A stretch of 63,612 nt of DNA, counting the filler, from Octopus bimaculoides (taxonomy: Eukaryota): the NCBI RefSeq assembly GCF_001194135.2. It is 9 parts of 5 records of this genome, joined end to end, with 100 filler letters (N's around TTAATTAATTAA, not from the genome) between each part and the next. Parts side by side here need not be neighbours in the genome. Positions count along the whole stretch, not along the records: positions 60,834 to 63,612 come from NC_068986.1; 8 more parts are not named here. One strand, written 5' to 3'. The notes beneath the pieces were generated by a model. The model did not search any database, was not told the DNA's origin, and saw nothing but the letters and a program-made list of their open reading frames with translations. Positions 62,020-63,612 of this stretch are shown piece after piece. Both the position numbers and the translations under genes were made by a program. Position 1 is the first letter of the stretch. The number at the start of each line of letters is the position of its first letter.

Positions 62020-62940
62020 CTACATTGAAGTACAGTGAGCCAAATTCGAAATGATTACCCTAGCAAGGTAGAAGCTATTAAGTTGTAACTAGGTACTGCA
62101 GTAGTACAATAAACTTTAAATGTTAGTAATTACTACAGTGAGATACTACAATAGGTACTACAATAAATACCATAATGATGTACATTCTAGGTAGCCATAA
62201 TTAAATGATTTCATAAAAGTAGGTACAGAAATGAGGCATAGTCCAACAATTCATTCATAGGTTAGCGTTCTAGTTCCAAATATGTCCCAAATTCAGGTAA
62301 AGTCAAGTTGACAATAAGTATCACAGCGATTTACAGTAAACCAATCTATAAGCAAGTACTACAGTGAGATACAATAAGCGTAGCTATACGTAGTTACAAC
62401 AGCGAGCTACAGTCCAATTAGATGTAAGCAGGTTCCAAAGTGAGATATGCCGCAAGTAGCTGTTAGTAGCTATTTCAGCGTAGGATTTTCAGTGGTGTAC
62501 TGTCCAACTAGCTTCAAGTAAAATTCACAGTGTCATGCAGTGTACCAAGTTGTAAGTATCTCAGTAAAATCATTCCAAACTGAGGTGCAGTCTCCAGCGG
62601 TAGGCATGTTACATTCAGAGAGACACAGCACCAAGATGTAAGTAAATCTCATCGTGAGTTTCATAACATGTAAATTTTAAGTAGGTACTAAATTAGGTAC
62701 AGTCAAGCTAGATATAATTAGATATAATTGTATAATTATACAATCTTCTCTTCCACAGTATTTTCCACGTTGAAGTAGAATCCTCTGAGTTATACGAAGT
62801 TAGAATAGTGAGGTATAGTCGATTTAACTGAGATGTGTTACAACCTTTATGTTAACTTCACCTAGAAAGGACTAAGTACCAGAGTGAGGTACAGTCAAGC
62901 GAAAGGGGTACAGTCATACAAGTCACAGTCCACTTAGATT
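62020..62940. repeat. Highly degenerate minisatellite-like region
   Basis: Recurrent AGTGAGGTACAGTC, TACAGTGAGATA and AAGTAGGTAC motifs. Confidence 0.55.
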
Positions 62941-63124
62941 TAAATAGATACTGTAATAAAAGGTAGAATCTACCTGGACTAAGTTAGAGATTATGCACCC
63001 AGAGTGCCGGTAAGTGAGATAAAACCCAGAATCAACAAGTACGTGGTTGCGAATTGTACTTCGTATCCACACGGTTGTGGATTCGCCCATCATAATCCTT
63101 TCCGCTATATACACAAGGCCTGGA

Positions 63125-63315
63125 ACTTCTAGGGAGGGGCTAGTCAGTTACATCGACCCCAGTGCTCAAATGGCACTTATTTCATCCAACCCGAAAGGGA
63201 TGAAAAGCAAAATCGACCTCAGCGCGATTTGAATTCAGAACGTTCAAATGCAGAAGAAATGCCGCTAAGCATTTTGTCCGGCGTGCAAACAATTGTGCTT
63301 CTTCGCCGGCTTATT
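63125..63315 (-). mobile_element. Family-A SINE
   Basis: Reverse complement of family-A head, core and tail. Confidence 0.8.
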
Positions 63316-63339
63316 CGCCCATTATCAATATCTATAAAT

Positions 63340-63480
63340 CAATATCTATAAAACAGAAGATGTTTGTGTGTGTGTGTACGTGAATGTGGGTTATGCACGT
63401 CCACAAATTAGCACGCATGTCGCTCCAATTTTAGGAGGACATTGTTCATGACCCTATCTGTGTTTTTGTCAACTTTTTCT
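63340..63480 (+). mobile_element. Possible non-autonomous Helitron/Helentron-like 5' end
   Basis: ATCTATAAA...GATGTTTGTGTGTG...GTTATGCACGTCCACA resembles DINE/HINE-like termini; no 3' hairpin identified. Confidence 0.25.
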
Positions 63481-63612
63481 CACAGAGGCATCCGCGTATA
63501 GCTGTAAAAATCGATAAACTTTTACCAATTTTGAAGTTTGTTGACATGGCGAAGTCAAATCTGTGCGTACGCGCGTGAAGAAGAGAGAGAGAAAGAAAGA
63601 AAGAGAGGGAGA

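Overview
This is AT-rich, gap-riddled eukaryotic DNA. The repeat families and the artificial TTAATTAATTAA gap spacers suggest a cephalopod (octopus-type) draft assembly; that assignment is inference. The window is dominated by microsatellites and transposon relics: several tRNA-derived SINE families, RTE LINEs, R4/Dong-type (restriction-like endonuclease) LINEs in (AAT)n tracts, Tc1/mariner relics and a MITE, and a Penelope-like RT fragment. The only confidently intact gene is an intron-containing tRNA-Leu(CAA) at 10808-10920 (-). No protein-coding gene can be named. A few short candidate exons exist (best: 19615-19679 plus 19799-19871, +), and an 84-codon minus-strand frame appears when a TSD-flanked SINE is removed (55505-56350). 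The most interesting signals are Penelope-type minimal hammerhead ribozyme motifs. One (48169-48214) is the tail of a tRNA-headed SINE-like element with an inverted copy of its own 3' end upstream, suggesting a Penelope-mobilised SINE. A second (61312-61346) is in an unrelated repeat. There is no CRISPR array, rRNA or prokaryotic system. Nearly all ORF-track entries are artefacts of N gaps or simple repeats. TE boundaries are by eye and approximate.
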